64,000 nucleotides of DNA from Lingula anatina (lineage: Eukaryota > Animalia > Brachiopoda), in the NCBI GenBank assembly GCA_051362555.1, contig CM120646.1, positions 3,844,001 to 3,908,000 on the forward strand, written 5' to 3'. This document shows, one piece after another, positions 12,932-25,287 of the stretch (its first letter is position 1; every line of letters begins with the position of its first letter). Position numbers and translations under genes: made by a program. The notes under the pieces were generated by a model that saw only the letters and a list, made by a program, of their open reading frames with translations, was not told the DNA's origin and did not search any database.

Positions 12932-15900
12932 TGTTCTCTGTTGTCATATGTTCTGTTGCTGATCATGAGATGATACAATACAGTTCAAATCAGATGTTTG
13001 AGGTTTTAAAGCTATTACAGGTAATTCTAGGTTACCAGAAGATTTAATAGGTTACTAGCAGATAAATTGCTTTTTGCCAAACATAAAACATGATACCTTG
13101 CCAGCTTTTATAATGCACTGTTTATAATAGGCTGAAATGAATAGTTTTATGTCATTATCAAGAAAAAGGGTTTTAACCAAAGAAGAACAATTTTAACTAA
13201 AAATACTTGTCACAAGTAGTCCAATCTTAGATAAAACCTCATCCAAAAGTAAAGCTTGAACACTATTGGTCCAATCTTCCCACACACTTTTTCCATGTCC
13301 CTACTAGCCCCAGTCTGAGACTCATATGCTGCATACAGGAACTGGAATAATACTAGTATGTAAAATTGATTGCAATTTTGCTCTTTGTATGTCTTTGCGA
13401 CAGTAGCTGTAGTTGACTGGCAGTAGTTGAGACTTTTTTGAAGAATGAACTTTTTGGGTAAATGCCAGAAAGGAATGGTCACATGTTAATATATGTCAAA
13501 TAAATCTTTATATTTTAAAATCGGTAGTGCTTGTCTCATGTGTTGTCTAGCTACTTGTATTGCAATTCTTTTATATGTGAATCATCATCACCACTATTAC
13601 CATCATCATGTGAATAAGGCGTGTTGTGATTTTAACCTGGAATGTTTCCTTGTACATCCACTGATATGTTTTCAAAATATGATATGTAATGATAATTTTT
13701 AATATATTCAGATTGGTCATAACAATGGCACTCTTATTCGTAGCTTTGATGGAGTGTCAAATTCAGGTTTACAGTAGCAAACACTGCTGTAGCTGACATG
13801 TTTTAATAGTGTTCAACCTTACTATAATATACCTCTTTGCTTGTGGCAGGGGAGTGGTAGTTTCATTGTTAGTGGTGCCATCTATTGTTTATGTGCATGC
13901 ACTAAAGCATGCTATCTGCACAGGTACTTCTCAAATGCCCTCAAGTGATTGTTAAAACTTTTTTTCCTCAACTTCAACTGTAAAATTGAAATATTCATGC
14001 ATTGAAAATGGTATTAAGTATATTTATGTCAGTGAAAACTGTCATTGATGCTCAGAGAATTTAGTGGCTTTAATTATGTCACAGTTTAATAAATAATCCC
14101 TGAATTAAAAAAATTGAAATATATAATTAGATTCGATTTTAGGCTTTTTAATGACAGTAAGAGCAATAATAGTAATTTATTTAAAAAATTTGATTGATGA
14201 ACTCGATTGAAAAAGAAAAAAAAAAAGACGTTAGAAAATTTTGTTTTTGAGCTTTCGTGCTTTTAATTGAGAAAGTTGTTCATGTCCATCATTTCCACTA
14301 TTAGAAGTGCTCAGCGACAGCAATTTCTTACCCCATGCAACAGGAAAAAATTAATTGAAAAAAAAATTAATGATAAGCTGCTAGTTTTATTGACCAGCAA
14401 ACCCTATAGCTAGTTGTGCAGTCATTTATTTATTTTTATTTGAAAAAAAAAGGGAAAGGGATCAATTCTTCCAGTATATATGATGACACTGTGACAGAAC
14501 AAGAAGCATTTTGACTTAGACCAATGTCAAGAAGGATGGCCTCTTGTAGTATTATGCTGTAATTAACATACATTGCACACAGTAGCACCATTATATGTAC
14601 ACAAATGTTTCTAAGTTCTATATTTTGTGACACCAAGATTGTTGCTGTTTTTGCAAAAACTATAATATTGTTTTTGAACTGGTGCTTGTTAAGAATTAGT
14701 TTTAGAAAATGTTAATGACTAAAATGACACAGACCCGTCATAGAGATTTTTATCGTAAAGGTTTTTTAGATGCTCATTTTCATAGGCCTGTAGGATTTGT
14801 TTTATTATGTTACCATGTTACACTAATGGTTGTGTTCTGTTGATAATAAAACTCACCAAGTAGTTTATTTTCTCTCCTCCGGCACTGTGCCTGCTTTCAT
14901 GATAAAATGTCTCTGACCCCCCCCCCCAATCCCTGACACACCTGTGCTTGCTTGATGACCGTGTTACTGCAACTAAAAGATGTTCTCACAAACCATGGAT
15001 ATCTCATTCAGGAAATGTGACCATGGCAAATACCACTGCCACTTACCCAGGTTGAGTTTCTTTTTATATTTAATTAATATATGATGATTATAATAGATAA
15101 TACCAAGTCAGAAATGTGTTATGTAAAAAAAAAGTAATTAAAAAATCCTTTTTTCCCTCTTAAATGTAATTTTAAACTGCACTGCCATTTTCTTTACTTT
15201 CCTTTCCACACACACTTTAATTTCAAGTGTGATCTTTTAAATGTTACTTATTATTGGTTGTATTCATTAGTACTTATTACAATCTGTGTTTAGAAGTTCC
15301 CTTTGTGTATTTAATTGCAACTGTTCTGTTTATCATTTTTCTGCAGTTTGATATGGTCCATTAGTACAGATGATGTGTTAATTAAAGTGTTTTATTATTA
15401 TTATGGTTTTCTTCTACTGAATGTTTTGATTAATGATTATAATTGCTGCAATGGTGTACTATCCTTGCAGTGTGATAGAGAAAATTAGAATAAAAACTGG
15501 TTGTTAAGATTTATGCTGTCTCTGTGTTTATATGTTGATTACATTCTGAATGAAGTACAGAAGGTCTTTATGTTATACCTGAACATTGGAGTTTACCGCA
15601 CAGTAAGAGTTCATACAAGAGGATGTCAAGGTGATCAACTCTTCATTTCATGCTTTTAACATATTTTTACATGTTTCAGCATTACGTTTTGAAAAATGGA
15701 ATGTTTCCACACAACTTCCTACATAGACATGCTTCTACAAATGATTTTTCTTAATAATGTTAAACTTATTATAAACAAGAAGAGACAGATATCTTGATAT
15801 TGAAACAATTTCATTTTCTCATCATCATCATGTGAATGCCATATTTATCTTAACAGGCAAAGAAAACGGTATGAAAATGGAATGTTCATTTAATGCCACC

Positions 15901-16340
15901 ACTAAGATAACTGTCATATTAAAACAATAGATTTCTTGCATATTCAGCACATCATACAGACTTCTAATGACAGCATACAGCCCATTATACCATGGGAACA
16001 CGGTCTTTGTTCTATTAAGATCTAAATGACGTGAGAATCAAGAGAAAAAAGTTGCTTGACTCCCAGACCAAGTACACAATGCCTTCTACTTTATTTTGTG
16101 GCACTGTTTTATCTGATGTGGCACGTATGCCACGTATGCCTCCTCTCAGTTCAAACATGCTGAGCTCACATCTCAAAGGTCCATATCACACCTATGTTCA
16201 GTACTTCCTGTACAGTGCAATCTGATACAGAAATGTACCTTTTTACTGGAAGCAAAATAAATAAAATTTTTATAAGGTAACTGTGACTGTGGTTTCAGAA
16301 CCATATTTCTCTAACCAATAAACTGGCTGTTGGCATTCCT

Positions 16341-16561
16341 TCATATTGTGTTGATCTCTCCCATTATATTGACTGGCCTGTTCTGATATTTCTTGGAGAT
16401 CTCTTTCTCTATCTGGAACACAAATGATTAAGTGTCAAAAACTATTTGTTTTGATACTAAAAGGCATTAAAAACCTGCCCTGAAAAAGTCATTTAATAAG
16501 TTAAAAATCAAGACAAAAGATTTAATACTCCGATAGTGAACACCCCTCAAATATACATGCA

Positions 16562-16592
<31 letters not shown>

Positions 16593-18870
16593 TTCTTCAT
16601 ACCTGCTTCTGCAATATTTTTGTCTTCTCTCTGATCAGCCCCACTTTGGGCTCTGTGGCTCTCTGTTCTTCCAGTGCCTCGGCCCTCTTCTGAACCATCA
16701 GCCTCTTGGACGCCTCCATCTTCTCGGACATCGACAAGACACTCTTTAACTGCTCAGCAAGGCGATCTACGTACCTAGAAATTGAAACACAGAGTTTTAA
16801 AAAGAACACAATAGATTGATAAAGCAGTAATCCTGTGGTTACATATTTTCTTAAAAGAAACATCCTTATTTGGTCCAGACTTATGCTGCAGGGTGATTGG
16901 ATTGTTTTCTGAGAATGATTCATGTACAATGAGATCCAAGTAGGCCAAATTTAGCACAGATGAATGTTGGAAAGAATATACATTAAGTTTATCTATTGAC
17001 TACCAATGTTGGAAACTTAAAGGATATCTACTGAGGATATCTACCAACTTAATATTCTAAGGAATAATTACACATTGAGGATATCTACTGAAAACTAGTT
17101 ACGTACTGAAAATATCTATTGAATATTTAAGTTGAAAAGGATACCTAATTACTATTTATATAGGAATATTTACTGACTACCACATTATCAGAGTCTGGTA
17201 TTCAATGTCTGGTACAATGTATCATTGTAAAATTCATGTTAAGTCATATATTTATATATAATTCTAAAATCCATATATAAAACCACCATACCTTGGTGAG
17301 CTCCTTATCATAAACAATTCCCTCATCTTATTGGATGTCATCTGGCTGACGATATCGGTCACTCTGTTCTTCATATTGGTCAGTTGGTCCGAGGACACCT
17401 GGACCGAGGGTGGGGCATTCTGGAACTGGCTGCTGGACAGGAAGTCAGACTCAGACTTGGTTTCGGATAGACGTTGTTTAAGGAAACACTCCAACTGCAA
17501 TGACAACTTAGGAGGTAAGGCTTCATGTTCATAACATCTTCTGCCATGTTAGTTTTACCTCCATGCATTTCTGACTTGAATCCAGTAATCCATATATGAT
17601 TTATTATCAAAATTTCCATGTATTGTATACATGTACATTGTTTTGAGAAACATAATTTTAATTGTTAAAACGACATTGGAGTTGGTAAAATTCAGTATCC
17701 AATATACTTTCCTGTGAATGTTGTACAGTTGGTTGACTAAATGCTACAAATATTACAAATTTTAAAATCTATTGATCTCACCTCCATTAAGTCATCAACA
17801 AACAGATTCCTAGTGGAAGGGGTGTCCAGCACTGTCACAGCATCCGTACCTTTGGCTGTGTTACCTGGAGACAAACAACCACTTCAAGTACTTATCACTG
17901 ACAGCAATATTTAGTATAGATCAGTTTTTTATGAAGAAAATTTATGTATGATATTTTTCTTCATTTTTTTAAAAATTATTTAAAACATTTTAGTTACTTA
18001 AACATATATATTTTTTGGCATGAAATTATCCAAGTCTTCATAACTTTTCAACCCTAGGCAGAACAATGTTTTGGGAAGTGGAAAAGTCAGTTTTGAATGA
18101 TTTTAGAGAGTATTAATAACTGTATATGAATGAGGCTAAGTAAAAGCAGACAAGAATTTCTCAAGCTGAATGTTGCCAATTCAATATTTCCAGCCACTGG
18201 TAAGATTCAGAAATTCAAAATACATTTTTAAATTTCTCTTGAAAAATGGTAAAGCATTGAAGCCACATAATCCCAAGAGTCAATTAGAGTGTCCAACGGT
18301 ACCTACCCTCCTGTTCTGAGCTACTCTCCACAGTGACTTCGCCAGCCCCCCAGTTGATTGCACTCCCTTCTGCACTCACTTCTATTGCTATCTGCATACA
18401 GTATTAGAAATCATAGGATATGTCAAGGGAAATAAATCATGTTTTCTGTACTATAAGTTTAACAATAAGTCCAGAGTAAGTGAAATAAATTTTGTTATCA
18501 CCCTTAATTAAAAACATCTAATTCTGTAGTAAAATTTACCCCTAACTTATGATTTGTGTTGCAATTGTTTTTTTCTTCCACAGAATTCATTAAAATTCAA
18601 AAATAATCACAATACTGCATTAAGTCAAGATCTCTTTGGAAACAGTAAGTTTTTTATCATCATGAAACAATAGACAATGAAAAACATATTTCAACATAAC
18701 AAACAGTTTTAACTTAAAAAAACTCACATCATCCCCAAAGTCAATGGAGTCCCCTCCTGTATCAAGCACTGGATCTCCCCAGTCAATCTGGAAGAAAACA
18801 ATTTTCATCAGTCAATATTTAAATAGGCAATTCCTCATGTTATGTTGTACCACATTATCATTATCAAATG

Positions 18871-18921
<51 letters not shown>

Positions 18922-21900
18922 CAATCAATCAATCAAATATCATCCATGTTCAGGGGCGTAACCAGACCTTTAAAAATTGTACGCACAGATTTTTAAAATT
19001 CCCAGCAAAATGTAGACTAACGCAAGAGATGAAGGACAGCGTAATCACAGCATATGTACCACACATCGCAGCTTAATTTCCATTAATAATAAAATCATCA
19101 TTTAGTCAGAAATATTCTCGCAATTAAAAAAGTTTCAATATTCTTATTACCCAGAACGGTATATTTATTTAAAAGGAGGCTAGCTTCGCATATGTGGAAC
19201 CCACTTCGAATAATCCTGGATCCACCTCTGAGTTGAACTAACATACGGTTAATTCACCTTACATGTGGATGCATGGCTCCCAAAAACAACCAATTGTACA
19301 ACACGACAGAGCTCTGATACATCGAAGTTAAATTATTTGTTTGTAAAAATTGCCCATGTCACCCTGTTAGTATGGAGGGGTAAGCTGGGTCAAGTCCGTG
19401 TCAAAATTCTTTGAAGCTTTGCAGGAAAAATTCTTCCTTTGTTTCTCTAGCTCCTTCTTAAACCTGGTGTCCAGATTTTATCTAGTGCCCCCAGGGTTGC
19501 GGGAGCTGCTCTTTGAAAATAACACTCAGGCAGATTTTTACCTGAGATAAATATCACCAGCGAGAAAGCGTTCAATATTCTCAAGAAAGAGGGTACATAC
19601 AGGTGACTTTAATAAGCAGAGGATTTTCTTTTATATTCCGTGAAAAATACACTAAATTTATATAAAATAATATCATGGTTGGCCAAAAAATTGTACGCAC
19701 AGTGCATCCGTGCGTATGCCTAGTTACGCCCATGATGTTTCTCATTTAACACAATGACCAAAATCTCATATTCCTGATCTAACACAATGTATGAAACCTC
19801 ACTGATCTTTCTCATCTAACACAATGCACCGAATCTCATCCCACACAGAGCCTCTCACCTCCACATCCTCCTGTTCCCCTATCACTTCCTCGTCTTCCAC
19901 AACATAATTAAATGTTATTTCTTCCACTGCATCTGGCTTGTTTCCTGTCCTCCACTCATACACAGTGCTGTTACCTTTGTCTACCACATGGCCAAGGAGT
20001 GGTAGGACTGAAAAATCTGACCTAAAATTGAGAGGATGAGAATAACTACTGTTCAAGTATATAAAACACAAGTTCACTTTCCATTTGTTATGTTGGGCTT
20101 GCCATAAAATACTGAGTGATATCATTAAATCATTGCTTCACATTGTGAAAATAATTATATTATTTAGAATGAAACTTTTCTCCTCACATGGCAAAACACA
20201 AGGTTTGTTTTACAGAGAACTTAAAATAAATTAAGTTTGTTCTTACAGTCCTAGTTTCTGTCTGTTTTAAAAATGTCTGACAATGTATAATAAATATAAA
20301 CCATATCATAACAACTGAAGTTATCTGGTCTAGGACTGGTCTAAGTCACCCCAAAAGGAGAAAATATCTGTCTAAAGGGCATGTATATTGAGTATCCCCC
20401 GACTTTATCAATACCTATCAAGAGTAAAGTCTATGAAAGCCTTGTAATAATCCATGGCTGGTTGTAGTTCTTTACATGCAGTTGCCACCCCATCTAACAC
20501 AGCAGGAAGATCTTTGACCAATGCTACCAGTTCTGTTTTCACTCGCTTTCCCTGAAACAACAGAAGAGAGAGGGTGTAAAGCATTTTAAGTACAGCTCTT
20601 GGCAAAAGCTTGACAAACTATAATCAAAGAAACTTAAATGTAATAATTTTCACTAGTTAATCATAAAGTGGTCATAATTTTTATTATCATTTCCAAAAGT
20701 CTATCAACCATACACTGGAGGGTGGGGGGAAGAGGTTCAAAGGATGTGAAAATGGTGATAAAAATGGATGTCCCTTAAATGTCTTTTAAATAAATAATAT
20801 AGTTTTCTCTGATTTCTCTTTTCAGTTCTTGCTTTCCTCTCAATAACACAATAAATAACATATCAACACATTAAGAGTACCATTCTAATGCAGTTCTGCC
20901 CTTCTACTTACCTCAATTCCCATGTGTTTACAAGAAGCATAGAACTTTTCTTTCTGTTCCACAGCTTGTGATGCATAGTCAGACTCTTTTCTTGTACATT
21001 CCTGACAAAATCAAAACAATTTCTTGTTCAACTTATTTTATATGTATGTCTGGACAACTGGAATAAAACTTTTATAATACTGATATAAGAAGATACTAAC
21101 TGGTAAAAAAAGATTAATTTGTCTGACTATTTTTTTCTTTTTTTAAATTTTTTTTGTGAGGCATGATATTTATCCTGGACCTTCGTCAGAAAACCTCGAC
21201 CTTCATCACATGATTGATCATAATTCTTTTCCCATCATTATACATGTGACACATAAAATGCCCATTTCATAGTAAGAATAAAACTGTTTCAGTTTTTCTT
21301 TCAAAGATCAATGCCAACAGACCTGCTGTGCTTTCTGGCACTTTTCTATCTGTCTCTTTAAGGAGGGGATCTCATAGTTCACATTCCTCATAAGCATTTG
21401 AGCTGCTTCAGCTAAATATGGAAGAAAAAATAGTTTCTTTTTCAAACATTCCATGATAAACTGGATGTTAATATTGGTTAAAGATTCCAAGCTTTGATGA
21501 AATAAAATATGACTCCATATTGCAATGTAAATATAGCGACACAATCATAAAATGGTAACATTAAAACCCTGGTGCACATGGATTAAATTAGTTTTTTTAA
21601 CTGCAGTGACTAATTGATACAAATAACAGACAAATGTATGGATCACTTACCAAGATTAACTCCATTACTTTCATACATAGAAACAATTTCCTGCCAGTCC
21701 TGAAAATAACCAATCAAAATATTCTCCAATAATGCATTTTTTAATCATATTCTGATGGTTTTTAGGTTTTCAAATGCAGAAAAGATGGTTTAGTATTATA
21801 ATAAACACAATGTTTATTACGAATGTATATTTTCAAAATTTAGATGAAAATAAATTCAGTTTCCAATCTTCAGGTTACTATACAAATGTTGAATTAGTAT

Positions 21901-22791
21901 AAATTGCAAGTCCACGTAAAAGACTCTAAATACTCTTTCTATATATTTAAATCTTCATTATTATCAACATTCAGTACTAAACATATCTATACTCACCTTC
22001 ATCCTTTGAGAACTATACCTCCCAAAGATGTTCTTTGTGCTCTTCTCAGTTTCTTTCAGCAGTTCTACAATTCTTTTGCAGTGGAAATAGTTTATGTCTG
22101 GAAAGGAAAATGGCTGACTAAAGATGAAGGACAAGCAGAGGTCAGTTCACATAAGGTCTATCTTTGAACAAGAGATGAGATTTTTTTCATATCAACATTA
22201 AGCTTAGTTTCAATTCAGTGCTAATCTAATTATATTACTATATGGCCATAAAACTGACATCAATGGGGAATGATAATAAATATAAAAATAACTGATAATA
22301 AAAATGTTCTCACTCACATGTCCCAGTCAGAAGTGTGGTTATTTCCTCCTGTTCAGGCATATCTTGAATTGCATTATTTATTTTTTCACGAATCAAAAGA
22401 GCCGAAGCCTGCCATTGGTGGTTACAATGCCGTCTACTTATTAGCCAATCTGAAATGTCATTAAATAAAATAAAAATAAAGAAAAGAACTACTGAAATAA
22501 ATTATTATCTGCTGGTCCAAATTGACTGCATCTTAACAACTTTTCTTTGCCTATATACAGGTAATCAGAAATCCCATTTCAAATTTATGTTTTATAAATG
22601 TTTCACATATTTAACAAAGACTGTAGTATTAACTGGAACATAGGCAGAATATACCAGAATCAAATTCAATTAAATAATCAATTAATTAAATAATTAATTA
22701 ATTACATCAACCCTGGTCAACACCTACCCAGTAATTTGTTATAGTGAATATCAATAGGAAGAAGTTCCACTGGTTTTTCCTCAGAAGTCAT
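16341..22791 (-). CDS. CDK5RAP3: CDK5 regulatory subunit-associated protein 3 (C53/LZAP; UFMylation and ER-phagy adaptor)
   Basis: Minus-strand exons 22791-22728, 22449-22318, 22097-21997, 21699-21651, 21411-21323, 21001-20912, 20551-20415, 20021-19859, 18787-18728, 18391-18307, 17864-17782, 17494-17292, 16774-16603 and 16412-16341. The translation includes LPIDIHYNKLLDWLISRRHC, TKNIFGRYSSQRMKDWQEI, RNVNYEIPSLKRQI, GNSTVYEWRTG, IDWG/IDFG/INWG motifs and ends ISKKYQNRPVNIMG. Candidate 5' UTR exon donors lie near 23491, 23664 and 24779. Confidence 0.96.
17020..17190. repeat. Degenerate intronic tandem repeat built on GGATATCTACTGA-like motifs
   Basis: Several diverged copies of (A)GGATATCTAC / AATATCTATTGA in close succession. 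Confidence 0.5.
18951..19734. mobile_element. Non-autonomous TIR element (784 bp) with a 5-bp TSD, hAT-like, in a CDK5RAP3 intron
   Basis: Termini CAGGGGCGTAACCA and TAGTTACGCCCATG, with ATGTT on both flanks. The subterminal direct repeat AAAAATTGTACGCACAG occurs at both ends. Confidence 0.82.
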
Positions 22792-23704
22792 CTTGGTCTG
22801 AAAAATTTGAACAAGAAACATATTCCATTTCAATATATATTTATCAGTTTGCAACTTAGTCTAATCCTGTGTATGTAAGACTAGTTATCCAGTCCTATGT
22901 CACTTTAAAGCCCACTTGATGACAAAAAAAACATATACAGGTATGGGGGAGGGGGGGGGTTAAGGTTCCCCCTGTCCAAGACATGGGGTAGGCTGATAGG
23001 TTATCACCCATGCAGATTATGCAACAAGACTGAGAATAGTTCATCTATCTGCCTTCTCAGTATTCCAGCTGGGCTGTAGTTTCAAAGATGGCACACAACG
23101 TCATCAACTAGACAGGACTGTTATTCACATTTACTCCTACGGCTACAGTATCCGAGAATAATTTGGTTTGAATAATAAGCTGGCAAGATAAAAAAAAGCC
23201 ATTCAACCCACGCCATGTACTAGACAGCCAATTAAATATATGGCTAGTTCTATGTTCTTTAAAAATATCATTATTAGTAAATGCAGCAGCAGTCATCATT
23301 CTTCAAGACGAAAGTGCTCTAGTCTTTGACTTATGGTCTGCTGTGCAAAATCTGCAGCGGTTATTCAGAGTTTTCTGACTGTAGCACAATAATCTTGTTA
23401 TTCTCTTAATTAAAACCTGTACCAGTTATTCCATTCCATAACACTGAGTGTAAATCAGTTGCGCTAAAAGTAATTTTTTGATAAATACTCACTTCAATAT
23501 GTTACTGTGTAGAGCCACATATCAGGTGAAAAGAGGTGTAAAATGCTTGCATCCGAACAGCGGAATGACGGTTCAGTAAACCAAGAGAAGCTTATGCTTC
23601 CTGTGAAAATATATTTTGCTATGATTTTTAAAACATAAAAAGTGAAGAGTACAGCACAACTTACATTTTCCGAAAATATGGTAATATAATGGTAATATTA
23701 ACTC

Positions 23705-23756
<52 letters not shown>

Positions 23757-24004
23757 TAGTTTTCTTTCTGCGTTGTTTATTAAGTCCTAAAGAGCCAGGT
23801 CCAAACAATGGTCCTGAGGCGCTAGAGGGTAGTTGTTCCTTTCTACTTCATTGATAGCACCCTCCGTAGTATGTGTATTGTTCCGAGGAGGACTATCTTC
23901 TGGACTTCGTGGATGTTGATGTTTCCAGGGATTTTGTCGGTGTATTTCTCTAATCCCTTCTTCACAAGTCCCAGAGCTCCAATGACTACATGTATTGTTA
24001 TGTC

Positions 24005-24006
<2 letters not shown>
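23757..24006 (-). mobile_element. 5'-truncated non-LTR retrotransposon 3' end (RLE type, R4/Dong-like) inserted in a (TAA)n microsatellite
   Basis: The minus strand reads VVIGALGLVKKGLEKYTDKIPGNINIHEVQKIVLLGTIHILRRVLSMK*, resembling the C-terminus of R4/Dong-clade ORFs as I recall it. A short 3' UTR follows, and (TTA)n arrays flank both sides (about 23705-23756 and 24007-24060). Confidence 0.8.
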
Positions 24007-24061
<55 letters not shown>

Positions 24062-24599
24062 TAGCATCACCATCATCATTATCAACACCAATGTGCACGC
24101 CTGGAAAATATTGCATGCCAATGCTGGTTGATACTGAGAGCATTAACAAAACATGCTCAGTCAGGATTAACATGGTGTCCTATGTTAAAAGGAAGTCATG
24201 TTATTGCGTTATCATCAGACCAATCTACAATATGGGTATTTATAAAGTAGACACATGATGATTACACTAAATGTTTTGATACACGGAAATGGTTTAAACA
24301 CACCCCGGACTGTCTGTGTTCCTTCCTCCCTGGAGGTGTATAGTGTACATAAATCTAAATAACTTGTAAAAAAATTTAAGTTAAATACTAATGCGTACGT
24401 TTGTATATTTTCATATATGTTTATATTTTTTGTCGAGCTTTAAGTTTGGAACCAATTTATGACAACTTATTGATCAAAAGAAAATTTCTTTTTTACGCAC
24501 CTTTATTATTTTTAATATTTTTAATCGATTAAAATCACTCCAGAGGCTAGAAAGAAAACAAGGACATGTAAACAACATCGTTATAAAGAATTTCTGCGT

Positions 24600-25287
24600 T
24601 GCTTTTAAATAAAAACTAATGCCACAGAAAAGAACATTATAAAGTTTATCTCATAAGTGCGGTTGCGCGATATTGCTTTAGTCATGCACATTTAAGTTAC
24701 ATTTTTGGTACCGTTCACGCGGTCGCCAAAAATTCAACATCTTGTCTCTTGTATTGCTAACTTGTCTATCTACACTTACATTCTTCCAATCTCACATGCA
24801 AGTTTTTTAACTAGTAGTTCCCAAGTCTGCAAAAATCTCTAGTTGGTTTTTTAAAGTCCAGCTTACTGTTAGTTAGCTAGCTTAACGTTCGAGTGAAGTG
24901 CGAGTGAAGTCAGCCATCTCCAATCACGTGGATGCGCTCCAGTGCAGTGTGCTCAGAATTTCGGCTTATGTAAACGCTCCCCGCTATCTTCTTAGCAATC
25001 TCAGCATCAGTCACCGGTGGTGGTGGGTAGCCACACAAAGCTCCCGTGTTATCATAAATCACGCCTTGGTTTTAAACATGTGAAGTGGAGAGTAACAGCA
25101 TTGTACGAAAAACAGCGGATACAACCTGGACTTATAAACATTTCCTGTGATACGTATTATGAGGATGCACATGAAGTCGCTCTCAAAAACGCCTTTTCGA
25201 TTTTCTGTGATCTCCTTTCAAATGGGATGAAGTTTAACTCCGCCCACCGGAGAGGTACATGTATTGCTGACACCACCTTATAGGACT
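24600..25287. promoter_or_regulatory. Putative bidirectional CpG-rich promoter region between CDK5RAP3 (-) and the mucin-like gene (+)
   Basis: The two genes are head to head and CpG density rises sharply here. CCAATCACGTG (CCAAT plus E-box) lies near 24920, and a minus-strand GTAAGT donor lies at about 24779. Confidence 0.45.

Noticed and set aside
12615-12962. Five overlapping repetitive ORFs (for example TNILDTV and CDQYTGY repeats), superficially a repeat protein or CRISPR-like array
   Set aside because: They are a by-product of a 21-bp tandem unit. There are no unique spacers, no splice or start context and no cas genes, and the locus is eukaryotic.
23787-24258. Poly-N, poly-I and poly-L ORFs
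   Set aside because: These are translations of (TAA)n microsatellites; only the retrotransposon-like part is meaningful.
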